Source: an uncultured delta proteobacterium (GTDB lineage Bacteria > Desulfobacterota > Desulfobacteria > Desulfobacterales > Desulfosalsimonadaceae). From it: DNA of 64,000 nucleotides. The stretch lies in NCBI GenBank assembly GCA_963826785.1, contig CAWGYD010000006.1:288001-352000 (forward strand), given 5' to 3'. Positions 51,041-61,550 of the stretch are shown here, piece after piece. A program made the translations under genes and the position numbers. The notes under the pieces are model-generated. The model had not been told where the DNA came from. It saw nothing but the letters and a program-made list of their open reading frames with translations, and searched no databases. Each line of letters starts with the position of its first letter. Positions within the stretch are counted from its first letter, which is position 1.

Positions 51041-51681
51041 CGGGGATTTCACGCCCCATGCAGACCCCGAAGCTGCCGCGGTTTGACGCTCCTTTTTTAA
51101 AACAACTGCTCGGTTCCGCCGCCCACCCGGGCAGCCCCGCTGCCGCCGCCGATTATGACCTTACCTGCGTGTTCATGCTGATTTTCCACAAAGGAGGGGA
51201 GCCTCACATCCTGGCGGTGCTCAAAGCCGACACGCCCGGTTATCCCTGGCGAAACCAGGTGGCTCTGCCGGGTGGGCATGTGGATCCTGAAGACATCGAT
51301 TCCCTGGCCGCCGCCTACCGTGAGCTTCAGGAAGAAATCGGCATTGACCGGAAACACGTGGAGTATATCGGGTCAATGGGGCATTTTCAAACGATTCGGA
51401 ACAAAGACATTCAGGTCTTTGTGGGATTGTGGAAGGAGGACCGTGCCGAACTTCGTTGTGAGGCCAAGGAAATTGCAGAAATAATTGAAATCCCAATTGA
51501 GTCCCTGCTGAAGACGCATCTGCAGGGAAATTTCAATGGATGCCTTCCTGATATACCGGATCTGCTTTATCCCTATGGACGGGTGACGGTCTGGGGCGCG
51601 ACGGCCCGCATCTTCCATTATTTCATGGAGCTGATCCTGGCCAACTTGGACCCGAACATCATAGAGGGGCTAAATGCCTGA
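51037..51681 (+). CDS. Nudix hydrolase, CoA pyrophosphatase-like
   Basis: QVALPGG...AAYRELQEEIG and VWGATA; start may be ATG 51058. Confidence 0.88.
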   Translation: MTGISRPMQTPKLPRFDAPFLKQLLGSAAHPGSPAAAADYDLTCVFMLIFHKGGEPHILAVLKADTPGYPWRNQVALPGGHVDPEDIDSLAAAYRELQEEIGIDRKHVEYIGSMGHFQTIRNKDIQVFVGLWKEDRAELRCEAKEIAEIIEIPIESLLKTHLQGNFNGCLPDIPDLLYPYGRVTVWGATARIFHYFMELILANLDPNIIEGLNA

Positions 51682-51695
51682 AGCGGCGGGAATTC

Positions 51696-51953
51696 CTACA
51701 TCGGCGGTTTATGAAAATGACGCCCGACCAGGCGAATGAGAATGGAGACGCCTGTGCCGGCGCTCAAAACAACGATGAGCAGCGGTATCCAGACGTGGGC
51801 ACGAAAATCGGGGCAGAGTCGCGCCACCTTTATCCCGGTAAATCCGAACAGCGCCGCTGCCAGCATAAACAAAAAAACAATCGCACAGGCCAGATCCGAA
51901 TCATACCAGGGGATCAGGTTTTTGCGGAAAAAAGGGTTCGAATCGATTTGCAT
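51696..51953 (-). CDS. Small two-TM hypothetical protein
   Basis: NPFFRKNLIPWYDSD followed by two hydrophobic helices. Confidence 0.65.
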   Translation of the reverse strand: MQIDSNPFFRKNLIPWYDSDLACAIVFLFMLAAALFGFTGIKVARLCPDFRAHVWIPLLIVVLSAGTGVSILIRLVGRHFHKPPM

Positions 51954-52024
51954 GGCGCATGTCTTTCAAGCGATCATCGGTAAGACGCATATCGCTGCTA
52001 ATCTGAACTGGGAGGAGGCCCCTC

Positions 52025-52981
52025 ATGGACTGCAGACATGTAAATACCATATCTTCCGAGCGCACGCAAGCACGACGATCAGGCCTTCGGATACCGCGCC
52101 TGATGGGCTGCATTCTAATCTGCCTGTGGCTTGCCGCCTGTGCGGCAGGGCCCAAGATGCTTAAGATAAAAGAGATTTCCACATCCTATCCCCCGGGAAC
52201 GATATTTTCCACTCAAAAGAAGGCGGTGGTCTCTTTTGCGGAATTGATGGCCGATCTGAACACCGTTCGTGTGGTGTATGCGGGGGAGCAGCATACCAAT
52301 CCCGCCCATCATGCCATTCAGCTCAAGATACTGACGGCTCTGCACGAGCAGCATCCGGGCCTGAAGGTGGGCATGGAGATGTTCGATCAGACCTATCAGC
52401 CGGTGCTCGACCAGTGGTCCGCCGGAGACCTGGACCGAAAAACATTCATTGAAAAAGTGCACTGGTATGTCAACTGGAAATTTGATTTTGACCTGTACAG
52501 CGGTATTCTCGATTATATCAAGGCAAACCACATCCCCCTGATCGGCTTGAACATCCCGCCATGCATTCCCCCCAAAATCGCCGCCGGTGGGATTGATAAC
52601 CTTCAGAAAAGAGACAAGGCCTTTTTGCCCGAAACACTTCACCTGTCAAATTCCGGCTACCGGGACTATCTCCAAAAAATCTTTAAAATGCACCATTTCA
52701 TGATGCATAGTAATTTTGAAAATTTCTATGTCGCCCAGAATGTATGGGACGATGTCATGGCCGAATCCGTGGTATCTCACATAGACGATCATGTCATGCT
52801 GGTATTGGCCGGAAACGGGCATCTCATATACGGATTCGGCATTCCCGATCGGGTGAATCAGCATTTGGCGGTGCCTTATCGCACCATTCTGCCGCTGCCG
52901 GCCGGCGAGTCGGCCGATCTGGATATGGCAGATTACCTATGGGTAACCGCATCTGAAACCGACCATGGGCTCACCGAATAG
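52025..52981 (+). CDS. ChaN-family lipoprotein
   Basis: Lipobox LAAC, VYAGEQH, GMEMF, AQNVWDDVMA, LAGNGH; true start may be downstream. Confidence 0.82.
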   Translation: MDCRHVNTISSERTQARRSGLRIPRLMGCILICLWLAACAAGPKMLKIKEISTSYPPGTIFSTQKKAVVSFAELMADLNTVRVVYAGEQHTNPAHHAIQLKILTALHEQHPGLKVGMEMFDQTYQPVLDQWSAGDLDRKTFIEKVHWYVNWKFDFDLYSGILDYIKANHIPLIGLNIPPCIPPKIAAGGIDNLQKRDKAFLPETLHLSNSGYRDYLQKIFKMHHFMMHSNFENFYVAQNVWDDVMAESVVSHIDDHVMLVLAGNGHLIYGFGIPDRVNQHLAVPYRTILPLPAGESADLDMADYLWVTASETDHGLTE

Positions 52982-52983
52982 AA

Positions 52984-53030
52984 ACACAATATATTGATTT
53001 TTTTGTTTGACAAAATCCAATATATTGTGA
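52984..53030. promoter_or_regulatory. Tandem NrdR boxes overlapping the nrdD promoter
   Basis: ACACAATATATTGATT (52984) and ATCCAATATATTGTGA (53015), 31 bp apart, flanking TTGACA at 53007. Confidence 0.88.
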
Positions 53031-53139
53031 TAGCTTGTTTTCTCACATCATTGAAAAATCCCGTGTGCATCCTTACTTTAACCTGAAGAAACGGCGGCGC
53101 CCCTGAATGCAGCGCCAGGGAGTCACAGAAGGAGTCGAA

Positions 53140-55236
53140 ATGTATTATACCACGATCAAAAAACGGAACGGGCGGGTTGTTGAATTTGATTCTTCCAAAA
53201 TCACGGCGGCCATCGCCAAGGCGGGACAGGCCTCCGGGGAATTTGACGATAAGGAAGCCCGAAAGATGACCCTCCGGGTGATGACCCTGGCCCATGCCAT
53301 GCGGCTGGAAACACCACCGGATGTAGAAGAGATCCAGGATATCGTGGAACGGGTGCTTCTCGATTCTCCCTACTATAAAACCGCCAAGGCCTATATCATC
53401 TACCGGGAGCAGCATGCCCAGATCCGCAGCATTTCCACCAGGGCCAATGTGGCGCTGGTGGAAAACTATGTGCAGAAGCTGGACTGGAAGATCCGGGAAA
53501 ACAGCAACATGAGCTATTCCCTGCAGGGGCTGAACAATTATATTTCATCCGATATCACCGGGGAATACTGGCTCAACCGGATTTACCCGCCCGAAGTCCG
53601 CAACGCCCATAAAAAGGGGGATCTGCATATCCATGACCTGAGCCTGCTGTCGATATACTGTGTCGGATGGGATCTGCAGGATCTGCTCACCGTGGGTTTC
53701 CGGGGGGTGCCGGGAAAAGTGGAAAGCGCACCGCCCAAGCATCTCCGTTCGGCCCTCGGCCAGATCGTCAATTTTTTCTATACCCTCCAGGGTGAGGCGG
53801 CCGGCGCACAGGCCGTCTCCAACTTCGATACCATGCTGGCGCCCTTCATCCGCTACGACCATCTGTCGTACAAAGAGGTGAAGCAGGCGCTGCAGGAATT
53901 CGTGTTTAATATCAACATTCCCACCCGGGTGGGCTTTCAGACCCCGTTTACCAACATCACCATGGACCTGACGGTTCCCTCCACCCTCAGGACCTTCCGG
54001 TGATTATCGGCGGACAGCACCAAAAGGAAACCTATGGGGAGTTCCAGGAGGAAATGGATATCCTCAACAGCGCCTTTGCCGAAGTGATGATGGAGGGAGA
54101 TGCCAAGGGGCGCGTGTTCACCTTTCCGATCCCCACCTACAACATCACCAAGGATTTTGACTGGGACAATCCCGAAACTGGAAAATATCTGGAAAATGAC
54201 CGGGAAATACGGCATCCCCTATTTTTCCAATTTCGTCAATTCGGATATGTCGCCGGAAGACGCCCGGTCCATGTGCTGCCGGCTTCGGCTGGACAACCGT
54301 GAACTCATGAAACGCGGAGGCGGACTGTTCGGGGCAAATCCCCTGACCGGTTCCATCGGCGTGGTCACCATCAATCTCCCCCGGATCGGATACACGGCCA
54401 CCACCATGGACGAATTCCTCAGCCAGCTCAAACGGATGGTGGAAGTGGCCAAAGACAGCCTTTCCATTAAACGCAAGGTTCTCGAAAAGTTTACCGAAGA
54501 GAAATCTGTACCCCTACTCGAAATTCTATCTGCGGGACCATCAAGGAAAGATCCGGCGCCTACTGGACCAATCATTTTTCCACCATCGGCATCATGGGGA
54601 TGAACGAAGCCTGCATCAATCTTCATGGGAAAAAATATTGGAACGCCCGAGGGCCATGCATTTGCGGTGGAGGTCATGGATTTTCTGCGCCAGGCCATCG
54701 AAAAAATACAGGAAGAAAGCGGCGAGATCTACAACCTGGAAGCCACTCCCGGCGAAGGGACTGCTTTTCGCCTGGCCATGCTGGATAAAAAATCACATCC
54801 GGACATCGTGTGCGCCAATGACGTTCAGTTTCAGAATGGAGAAGATCCGTTCTACACCAATTCCAGCCAGCTGCCGGTAAATTATACCGATGATATTTTC
54901 GAAGCGCTGGAACTCCAGGACGAGCTTCAAACCAAATATACCGGCGGAACCGTATTTCACATCTTCCTGGGCGAACGGATCGGCGATACGGAAACCACCA
55001 AAAACCTGGTCAAAAAGATTACCTCGGGTTTCCGGTTGCCGTATTTCACCATCTCCCCCACCTTCAGCATCTGCGATACCCACGGATATCTGACGGGCGA
55101 ACATGATATTTGTCCCACCTGCCTTCATAAAACCGAGGTGTATTCCCGGATCGTGGGGTACCTGCGTCCCGTCAACCAGTGGAACAACGGAAAACAATCC
55201 GAGTTCAAGATCCGGCAGACCTTCAAGGTGGCTTAA
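53140..55236 (+). CDS. nrdD: Class III anaerobic ribonucleoside-triphosphate reductase with ATP cone; about five frameshifts at 53990-54630
   Basis: ATP cone (KKRNGRVVEFD), YCVGW, RSMCCRL, NLEATPGEG, CxxH/CxxC Zn site, glycyl-radical RIVGYL. Confidence 0.92.
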
Positions 55237-55246
55237 ATCTCAAGAT

Positions 55247-55942
55247 ATGATTATCGGCGGCCTTCAAAAAAATTCGCTTATCGATTATCCGCCGCATATC
55301 AGCTGCGTGATCTTCACCCAGGGATGCAACTTCAGGTGCCCATACTGCCATAATCCGGATCTGGTCGCGGAAGTGCCGCCGGAATATCTGCCCCTGGAGG
55401 AGGAGGATATTTTTGAATTTCTGGCCAAACGCAAGACATACCTGGACGGGGTGGTCATCTCCGGCGGGGAACCCACCCTTCATCCAGACCTGTTTTACTG
55501 GTGCCGGCGGATCCGGGAAATGGGCTATCTTGTAAAGGTCGACACCAATGGCAGCCGGCCCGAAATCATCAGTCGGCTGATCGACGACGGACTGGTGGAC
55601 TTCATCGCCATGGACATCAAGACCGATCCGGAGCGGTATGCCCCGCATATCGTTACAAAGATCAACACCGACCGGATTCGTTTAGCTGTCGATCTGATCC
55701 TGGACTCCGGCGTGCCCCACGAATTTCGAACCACCTGCGTCAATCCCATTGTAGACGAAGCGGCCATAACCGAGATTGCAAAGCTGATCACCGGCGCAAA
55801 GCGGTATGCGCTTCAGCGGCCGAACCTGAAAACCACGCTCAATCCGGCTTTTTTTGAAAACATGATCCCCCATGATGAATCCACCCTTCGCTTTTTCCAG
55901 TCCATTGCCGCCCCGCATGTAGATTCCTGCATCCTGCGGTAA
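55247..55942 (+). CDS. nrdG: Radical-SAM activase of class III RNR
   Basis: CNFRCPYCHN, ISGGEP, DTNGS; follows nrdD. Confidence 0.92.
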   Translation: MIIGGLQKNSLIDYPPHISCVIFTQGCNFRCPYCHNPDLVAEVPPEYLPLEEEDIFEFLAKRKTYLDGVVISGGEPTLHPDLFYWCRRIREMGYLVKVDTNGSRPEIISRLIDDGLVDFIAMDIKTDPERYAPHIVTKINTDRIRLAVDLILDSGVPHEFRTTCVNPIVDEAAITEIAKLITGAKRYALQRPNLKTTLNPAFFENMIPHDESTLRFFQSIAAPHVDSCILR

Positions 55943-56042
55943 TCTTCGCCAGATTCCACTTAGCGCAAATCCTTGATCTCAATCGACGCAAGTTCAAAAT
56001 TCGCTCATATATGATTGACAAACCGGTCAGCATGCCGCTAAA

Positions 56043-56058
56043 TTGACGTAAACGTCAA
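56043..56058. promoter_or_regulatory. LiuR-like operator palindrome
   Basis: TTGACGTAAACGTCAA overlapping the end of the TTGACA-18-TAAATT promoter, upstream of an acyl-CoA dehydrogenase. Confidence 0.6.
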
Positions 56059-56106
56059 CCTTGATGCGTCATTTTCATTTAATCTTCTGCTGAAGGAAAC
56101 ATATCG

Positions 56107-57348
56107 ATGATTGATCACCTGCTGTCAAAAGAGGCCTTGAAGATCCGGGATGAGGCCAGAGAACTGGTCCGCTGGGTTCCCCGCCAGATGATCCTGGATA
56201 TGGACCAGGACAAAATTCGATTCCCCAGGGAATTTCTCCAGGAAGCCGGCCGCCGCAATCTGATGGGATGCCGGTATCCCGTGCAATGGGGTGGGCGGGG
56301 ATTGGACTGGGTTACCACCACCGCTGTTATGGAAGAAATCGGCACCCTGGGATATATTTTCGCCTGCACTTTTGGCGTCGGCGCCGAACTGGTCTGTGAC
56401 GCGATCATCCAGCACGGGACCGATTTACAGAAGGAAAAATATGTCAAACCCCTGCTCAAGGGTGATATTTTTGCCGCCGAATGCCTGACCGAACCCCGTG
56501 GTGGATCGGATTTTTTCGGCACCACCACGACCGCCGAAGACAGGGGAGATCACTTCGTGATCAACGGGCAAAAACGGTTCATCGTGGGAGCCGAGGGCGC
56601 GGACTTCTTTTTGGTATATGCCAGGACCGATCCGGCCGCCGAACCCCACAAGGCCCTGACCTGTCTGATTGTGGACCGGGTGCCGGGAGTGGAAACCCAG
56701 TATCTTTATGGCCTGATGGGTTGCCGGGGCGGTGGTGCCGGTCGGCTTGTCTTCAAAGACGTGAAGGTCCCCAAGGAAAATGTTGTCGGGAAAATCAACG
56801 GCGCCTACCCGGTATTTAAAACCATGATGATTCCCGAACGGCTGGGGACGGCCGCCATGACCATCGGCAGCGCCCGGCCGGCCCTGGAAGTCGCCACCAC
56901 TTATACCACCCGACGAAAGGCATTCGGCACCACCATCAACAATTTCCAGGGCGTCAATTTTCAGATCGCCGAAGCGGTCATGCTCATGGATGCGTGCCGT
57001 TCCATCATATATACCACTGCCAGCGCAGTGGACCATCAGGTCGATCCGGCAAAGGTCCGTCGGATGGTTTCGGAGGCCAAGAAATTTGTCACCGAATCGT
57101 GCCAGAAGGTGGCGGATCGGGCCATGCAGGTGATGGGCGGCATCGGCTACACGACCGTCTTTCCGATTGAAAGGATCGTGAGGGATCTTCGCCTGGCGAC
57201 GATCTGGACGGGAAGCAACGAAATTATGTCGGTGATCATCGGCCATGAATGGTACCGGGAGCACGCTGCCCATAGGGGCGGCGCACCCCGTGATCATGAA
57301 TTCGATGCGGCCGAAGCCGATGCTCCTGACGAAAAAATATACGAATAG
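56107..57348 (+). CDS. Acyl-CoA dehydrogenase
   Basis: CLTEPRGGSD, INGQKRFI, RKAFG, QVMGGIGY, IWTGSNEI. Confidence 0.93.
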   Translation: MIDHLLSKEALKIRDEARELVRWVPRQMILDMDQDKIRFPREFLQEAGRRNLMGCRYPVQWGGRGLDWVTTTAVMEEIGTLGYIFACTFGVGAELVCDAIIQHGTDLQKEKYVKPLLKGDIFAAECLTEPRGGSDFFGTTTTAEDRGDHFVINGQKRFIVGAEGADFFLVYARTDPAAEPHKALTCLIVDRVPGVETQYLYGLMGCRGGGAGRLVFKDVKVPKENVVGKINGAYPVFKTMMIPERLGTAAMTIGSARPALEVATTYTTRRKAFGTTINNFQGVNFQIAEAVMLMDACRSIIYTTASAVDHQVDPAKVRRMVSEAKKFVTESCQKVADRAMQVMGGIGYTTVFPIERIVRDLRLATIWTGSNEIMSVIIGHEWYREHAAHRGGAPRDHEFDAAEADAPDEKIYE

Positions 57349-57359
57349 GCGAAAAATCA

Positions 57360-57554
57360 ATGCTGTTAGATTTGATCAAAGTCGCAGCGGTGCTCACTGC
57401 TGCCGGTATTCTGGGATCTTCCTTCCTGGCCGAGGTCAAGAAAAACAAACTGCAGGGCGGCGCATGGTATCGGCCGTACATCTCCTTTCCCGGCCTGATC
57501 ATCTGCTTCGCCATCCTTCTGCCGGTGCTGGTGTGGTGGATCAATAAAGGATGA
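57360..57554 (+). CDS. Small membrane protein
   Basis: 64 aa, two hydrophobic segments, 11 nt after the dehydrogenase stop. Confidence 0.65.
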   Translation: MLLDLIKVAAVLTAAGILGSSFLAEVKKNKLQGGAWYRPYISFPGLIICFAILLPVLVWWINKG

Positions 57555-57603
57555 AAAAAACCCCCGACTTAGCCGAACGATTTCGACCGGCAAGTCGGGG
57601 GTT
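57554..57603 (-). terminator. Intrinsic terminator
   Basis: AACCCCCGACTT...AAGTCGGGGGTT stem with a U7 tract on the minus strand. Confidence 0.75.
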
Positions 57604-57944
57604 CAAATCATGCTCCATCAAGGACGGCATCAAAAATCCGGCGTCCATCGTATTGAACTAAAAAGTGCGATGCGCTTCAAGGAATTGCGGGATTACATTT
57701 TGCATTCCTTGCAAGAAAGACTTTCAATTTTATGATCAGCTGATCGATTTTTTTTGCGATCCCTGGAATTTTCGACTTCCTGAAATCGCTAAAATCAAGC
57801 GATCACCGCCTCTGCCATAGGCTGATATTCCCGCAATGGCGGCTGCCTATATGAAGACGTCAGCGCCTTAAAAACGGTTTTTCTTTCTGGAAGCACAGCG
57901 CCCTGACTGAAGATCCGTACCAAATGATCATTATCGGATCATAT

Positions 57945-58298
57945 CTATTTTTCTTCAGGAGTCGGCCCCGAATTTCGGATCAATGCCGAATACCAGCAGG
58001 CGAAATCGAACATTCCCATGAACCGATCATCTTCATTGATAATACCCAGGCAAAGGTCAAACGCGCCTTTTCCGTATTCATTGTTATATTTCTTCGGATC
58101 GACTGTCTGCATGAATTCCCGAATGAGCGTCTGGGTGGTCCGATTGGTCTGATCTTTTCGAATATCAATGGGATCATTGGGCAAAAGGAACGGGTCCCAT
58201 TGTTCATAACCCCGCTTCAGAATCTGTTTCTGGCGTCGGGGAGCCATACTGTCGAATATCGCTTTTTTTCGAATTTCCGCATCATCATGCTGCTCCAT
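57945..58298 (-). CDS. Hypothetical protein
   Basis: 117-aa ORF 2 nt after the upstream stop, with a GGAGG RBS. Confidence 0.75.
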   Translation of the reverse strand: MEQHDDAEIRKKAIFDSMAPRRQKQILKRGYEQWDPFLLPNDPIDIRKDQTNRTTQTLIREFMQTVDPKKYNNEYGKGAFDLCLGIINEDDRFMGMFDFACWYSALIRNSGPTPEEK

Positions 58299-58300
58299 GA

Positions 58301-58987
58301 TTATTTTTCCTCCTTACAGACCGCTTGTTCGTCCGATGCTTCCGGTAACCCGAGATATTTTGCATCATATTCAGTGAGCAGCGCCATGGACACGGGCACC
58401 AGCATATCTCCCATCCTGGAGTTCTTGGATTTGAGAAAAACGATCAACTCCTCGGAAAGCGCGAGCAGTTGATCGTGAATGATGTCCTGATTTAAGGTGG
58501 GGTAACGCTCGCCTTCCTTGAACCCCGAAATCCCACAGGTGTGCCCCTTGCCGCCAAATGCCGTGGGAATGCCGTAACTCCGGCAGGCAATGGGCCGAAA
58601 ATCATAGAGGCTGCACATCTGTTCCTGATTCAACAGGGGGCATTCAATCCGCTCCAGGGCAATTTCCCGCAGGATCGTTTCATCGTCTTTTCCGGCCTGG
58701 GACGCTTTAAATGCCGCTCTTTTGATTTTGTGTATCCGACGGTCTGCCGTGTCGGCCTTATCCATGATCTGCGCCCCCTTGCCATCTCCGTACACCCGAT
58801 TGAAACGATTATTCAAATACATGGCCTCTATGAGCGTCAAATCAAAAAGCGCATGGCAGCAGTCCGAGCACCCCTGCTTGCACGCAATTTCGTTGGGGTA
58901 GGACGCTTTCATCCGGCTGAATGCCGCTTCTACTTTTTCCACCAGAGCTTCGTATCGCTTAAAAAATGCTTCAATTTCAATATTCAT
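58301..58987 (-). CDS. YkgJ-family cysteine-cluster (CxxxCxxCC) protein
   Basis: CKQGCSDCCH, CPLL, CSLYDFRPIACR. Confidence 0.88.
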   Translation of the reverse strand: MNIEIEAFFKRYEALVEKVEAAFSRMKASYPNEIACKQGCSDCCHALFDLTLIEAMYLNNRFNRVYGDGKGAQIMDKADTADRRIHKIKRAAFKASQAGKDDETILREIALERIECPLLNQEQMCSLYDFRPIACRSYGIPTAFGGKGHTCGISGFKEGERYPTLNQDIIHDQLLALSEELIVFLKSKNSRMGDMLVPVSMALLTEYDAKYLGLPEASDEQAVCKEEK

Positions 58988-59036
58988 ATAATCGAGTCCC
59001 CCTCATCAGATTTCAGATTGTATATAGTTTCTTTAT

Positions 59037-59052
59037 TGTTTCACGTGGAACA
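59037..59052. other. parS centromere-like site
   Basis: TGTTTCACGTGGAACA (one mismatch to TGTTTCACGTGAAACA) inside the extended palindrome 59032-59057, next to the mnmE-yidC-rnpA origin cluster. Confidence 0.88.
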
Positions 59053-59108
59053 ATAAATCGGTCGAGACGTCGGTAAGAATTGCAAATGACCTTCGAGATG
59101 TCATATGG

Positions 59109-60509
59109 CTACTTACCGATACAAAATTGATTGAATATGGCATCCAACACATCGAAGGAAACGGATTGCCCTGAAATTTCCGCCAGCGATTGCAGCGCCG
59201 AGTTCAAATCTATTGACAGCAGTTCGGGCGGGGCGCAAGCCGCTATCCCGTCGGCAAAATGCGTTAACGATCGAAAGCAGGCATCCAGCGCAATCTTTTG
59301 CCGGACGTTGGGCACGATTGGATCATCCATGTCAGGAATCGGGCCGGTGATGATGGATGTCATGAGCGTTTTTAGCCTCCCGATGCCGGTACCGTGTAAT
59401 GCAGAAATCTCCACCTTGGGGATCTTTTGCCAATCGAATGGCAGCGGGCAGGCGTGTTCGGGTGACAGCAGATCGATTTTATTGATCACCAAAACCCTGT
59501 TCCTGTCCGGCAGGCTTTTCAGGAGTGAAATTTCCGATGCGGAAACGCCCCTTCCGGCATCAATCACAAACAGCAAAAGATCTGCAGATTGAGCGGCTTG
59601 CCAGGCCCGATCGATTCCAAGCTTTTCGATGGGATCTATCGAGTCGTGCAGTCCGGCGGTATCGGTGAGGACAATGGGCAGGCCCTGCAGGGTAAAGACA
59701 TCTTCGATAAAATCCCGCGTGGTGCCTGGCGTATCGGTTACGATTGCGCGTTCACGCTCAACCAGCCGGTTCAGGAGGCTGGACTTGCCGACATTGGGGC
59801 TCCCGGCGATCACAACCCGGATGCCGTCACGGAGGCAGTGCATGGATTCATGTGATTCGATCAGGCGATGAATGACCGGAAAAACGGATTCCTGTAAAAG
59901 CAGCGTAAACTTAGCGGGATCATAAGCCCCTTCCATATCCTCCGGAAAATCGATGTCCGCTTCCAGTTCCACCAGGATATCCTGCAGGATCACCCTAATT
60001 CCGGATAGCGCTTCACCGAGCTGGCCGCTTAGATGTGCCGCACCCATCTCCATGGACCGAAGGGTTTTGGCATTGATCAGATCGATCACCGCTTCGGCCT
60101 GGCTGAGATCGATGCGACCGTTTAAAAACGCACGACGGGTGAACTCTCCGGGCTCCGCGATTCTGGCGCCAGCGGCGATCACCAGGGAGAGAAGGACCTG
60201 CATCACCAGGGGGCCGCCGTGGCACTGTAATTCCACGACATCCTCGCCCGTATATGTGTGCGGAGCAGACATATACACCCAAAGGGCCTCGTCAATGACT
60301 GCGCCGGTATGCGGATGGATGATCCGCCCGTAATACATGTACCGGGGAACGGGAAATGGATTGCCGGCGTGTGCGGTCGAACCTGCGGCGGTGTTTGGCC
60401 TAAACAGGGACAGGCCGATTTCTGCGGCACGAAGGCCGGAAATTTTGAGGATCCCGATCCCCCCAGTTCCTGGCGGGGTGGAGATGGCGGCGATGGTTGA
60501 CAATGGCAT
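59109..60509 (-). CDS. mnmE: tRNA modification GTPase MnmE
   Basis: TIAAISTP, GSPNVGKSSLLN, PGTTRD, DTAG, NKID, FCIGK. Confidence 0.97.
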   Translation of the reverse strand: MPLSTIAAISTPPGTGGIGILKISGLRAAEIGLSLFRPNTAAGSTAHAGNPFPVPRYMYYGRIIHPHTGAVIDEALWVYMSAPHTYTGEDVVELQCHGGPLVMQVLLSLVIAAGARIAEPGEFTRRAFLNGRIDLSQAEAVIDLINAKTLRSMEMGAAHLSGQLGEALSGIRVILQDILVELEADIDFPEDMEGAYDPAKFTLLLQESVFPVIHRLIESHESMHCLRDGIRVVIAGSPNVGKSSLLNRLVERERAIVTDTPGTTRDFIEDVFTLQGLPIVLTDTAGLHDSIDPIEKLGIDRAWQAAQSADLLLFVIDAGRGVSASEISLLKSLPDRNRVLVINKIDLLSPEHACPLPFDWQKIPKVEISALHGTGIGRLKTLMTSIITGPIPDMDDPIVPNVRQKIALDACFRSLTHFADGIAACAPPELLSIDLNSALQSLAEISGQSVSFDVLDAIFNQFCIGK

Positions 60510-60537
60510 GATAAAACATCAAAGGATGCTCAAGAGG

Positions 60538-61533
60538 CTATTCCGTCGAGGTCTCCTGGTTTTGAGCGGCCTTTTTCTTTGGATAGATGATCAGTTTCCG
60601 AAAGTAGCCGCTCCCTACGCTCTGGGTACGGACCGCTTTGTTGTTTTTCAGGGCCATGTGCACCACTCTTCGGTCCTGGGCATTCATCCGGTTGATGGAT
60701 GCCGGCTTGCCGGTATCCTGGGCCTTCTGAGCCATGCGGACGGCCAATTCCTTGAGTTCCGCTTTCCGGCTTTCGAGATAATCTTCGATATCGATGACCA
60801 CCGGGTTGGCCTGATTGCATTGCTTGTTCACCACTTTGTCTACCAGGTACTGAATGGCCTCCAGGTTCTGCCCTTTTTTGCCGATCAACATCCCGGCGTC
60901 TTGTCCCCGGATATGAATGCGGGGCCGTCTGCCCGGCCTGGATTTTTCCACTGTCACTTCCGCCCCTGCAGCCAAAGAATCGACAATGGTGCGGATCAAG
61001 GCTTCGGCCACGCCGATGGTCGCCTCCCGGGCTTCATCCGTCATGGGCTGATCAGTTTCCGTTTCCGGCGGTGCCTGCGCTTCCGGCCGTGCCTGCGCTT
61101 CCGGCGCTTCGGGCGCTTTGGGCGCTTTGGTCCGGGTTCGGCGCCGGCCCTCTCCGCGCGTCTTTGTTTTTTCTGCCTGGGGCACAACCTTGGTTTCCGC
61201 TGCGATTTCGGGTGCGGGGGCCCTTTCGGTTTCCGCCGGGGCAATGCCAAAAGCTTCATCCACGAGTGCGCTGACCGCTTCACGGTTGGCGGCTGCGATT
61301 TCCGCATCGGATGCCACTGGAGCGATGGTCTCTGTGGCGGCTGTGGCCATTTGGTTGTCGGTTACCTGGACCCGGATCAGCGCTTTTTTGGCGCCGACCA
61401 GACCGAAAATTCCCGATGAACCATGAGAAATAATGTCATACTTTAATTTCTCCGGTGCAATGTTGAGTTCCGCGCATGCTTTTTGAACGGCTTTTTCGAC
61501 GCTCTTTTCTTCAAAGTCCATGGAAGACTTCAT
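60538..61533 (-). CDS. jag: Jag/EloR/KhpB RNA-binding protein (Jag-N, KH, R3H)
   Basis: GIFGLVG, LIGKKGQNLEAIQYL, DRRVVH, TQSVGSG. Confidence 0.93.
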   Translation of the reverse strand: MKSSMDFEEKSVEKAVQKACAELNIAPEKLKYDIISHGSSGIFGLVGAKKALIRVQVTDNQMATAATETIAPVASDAEIAAANREAVSALVDEAFGIAPAETERAPAPEIAAETKVVPQAEKTKTRGEGRRRTRTKAPKAPEAPEAQARPEAQAPPETETDQPMTDEAREATIGVAEALIRTIVDSLAAGAEVTVEKSRPGRRPRIHIRGQDAGMLIGKKGQNLEAIQYLVDKVVNKQCNQANPVVIDIEDYLESRKAELKELAVRMAQKAQDTGKPASINRMNAQDRRVVHMALKNNKAVRTQSVGSGYFRKLIIYPKKKAAQNQETSTE

Positions 61534-61550
61534 GAAAAAATCCCTCCGCA

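Noticed and set aside
61040..61130. Short repeats in jag (GCCTGCGCTTCCGGC twice; APKAPEAPEAQ)
   Set aside because: Ordinary low-complexity linker variation between the Jag-N and KH domains
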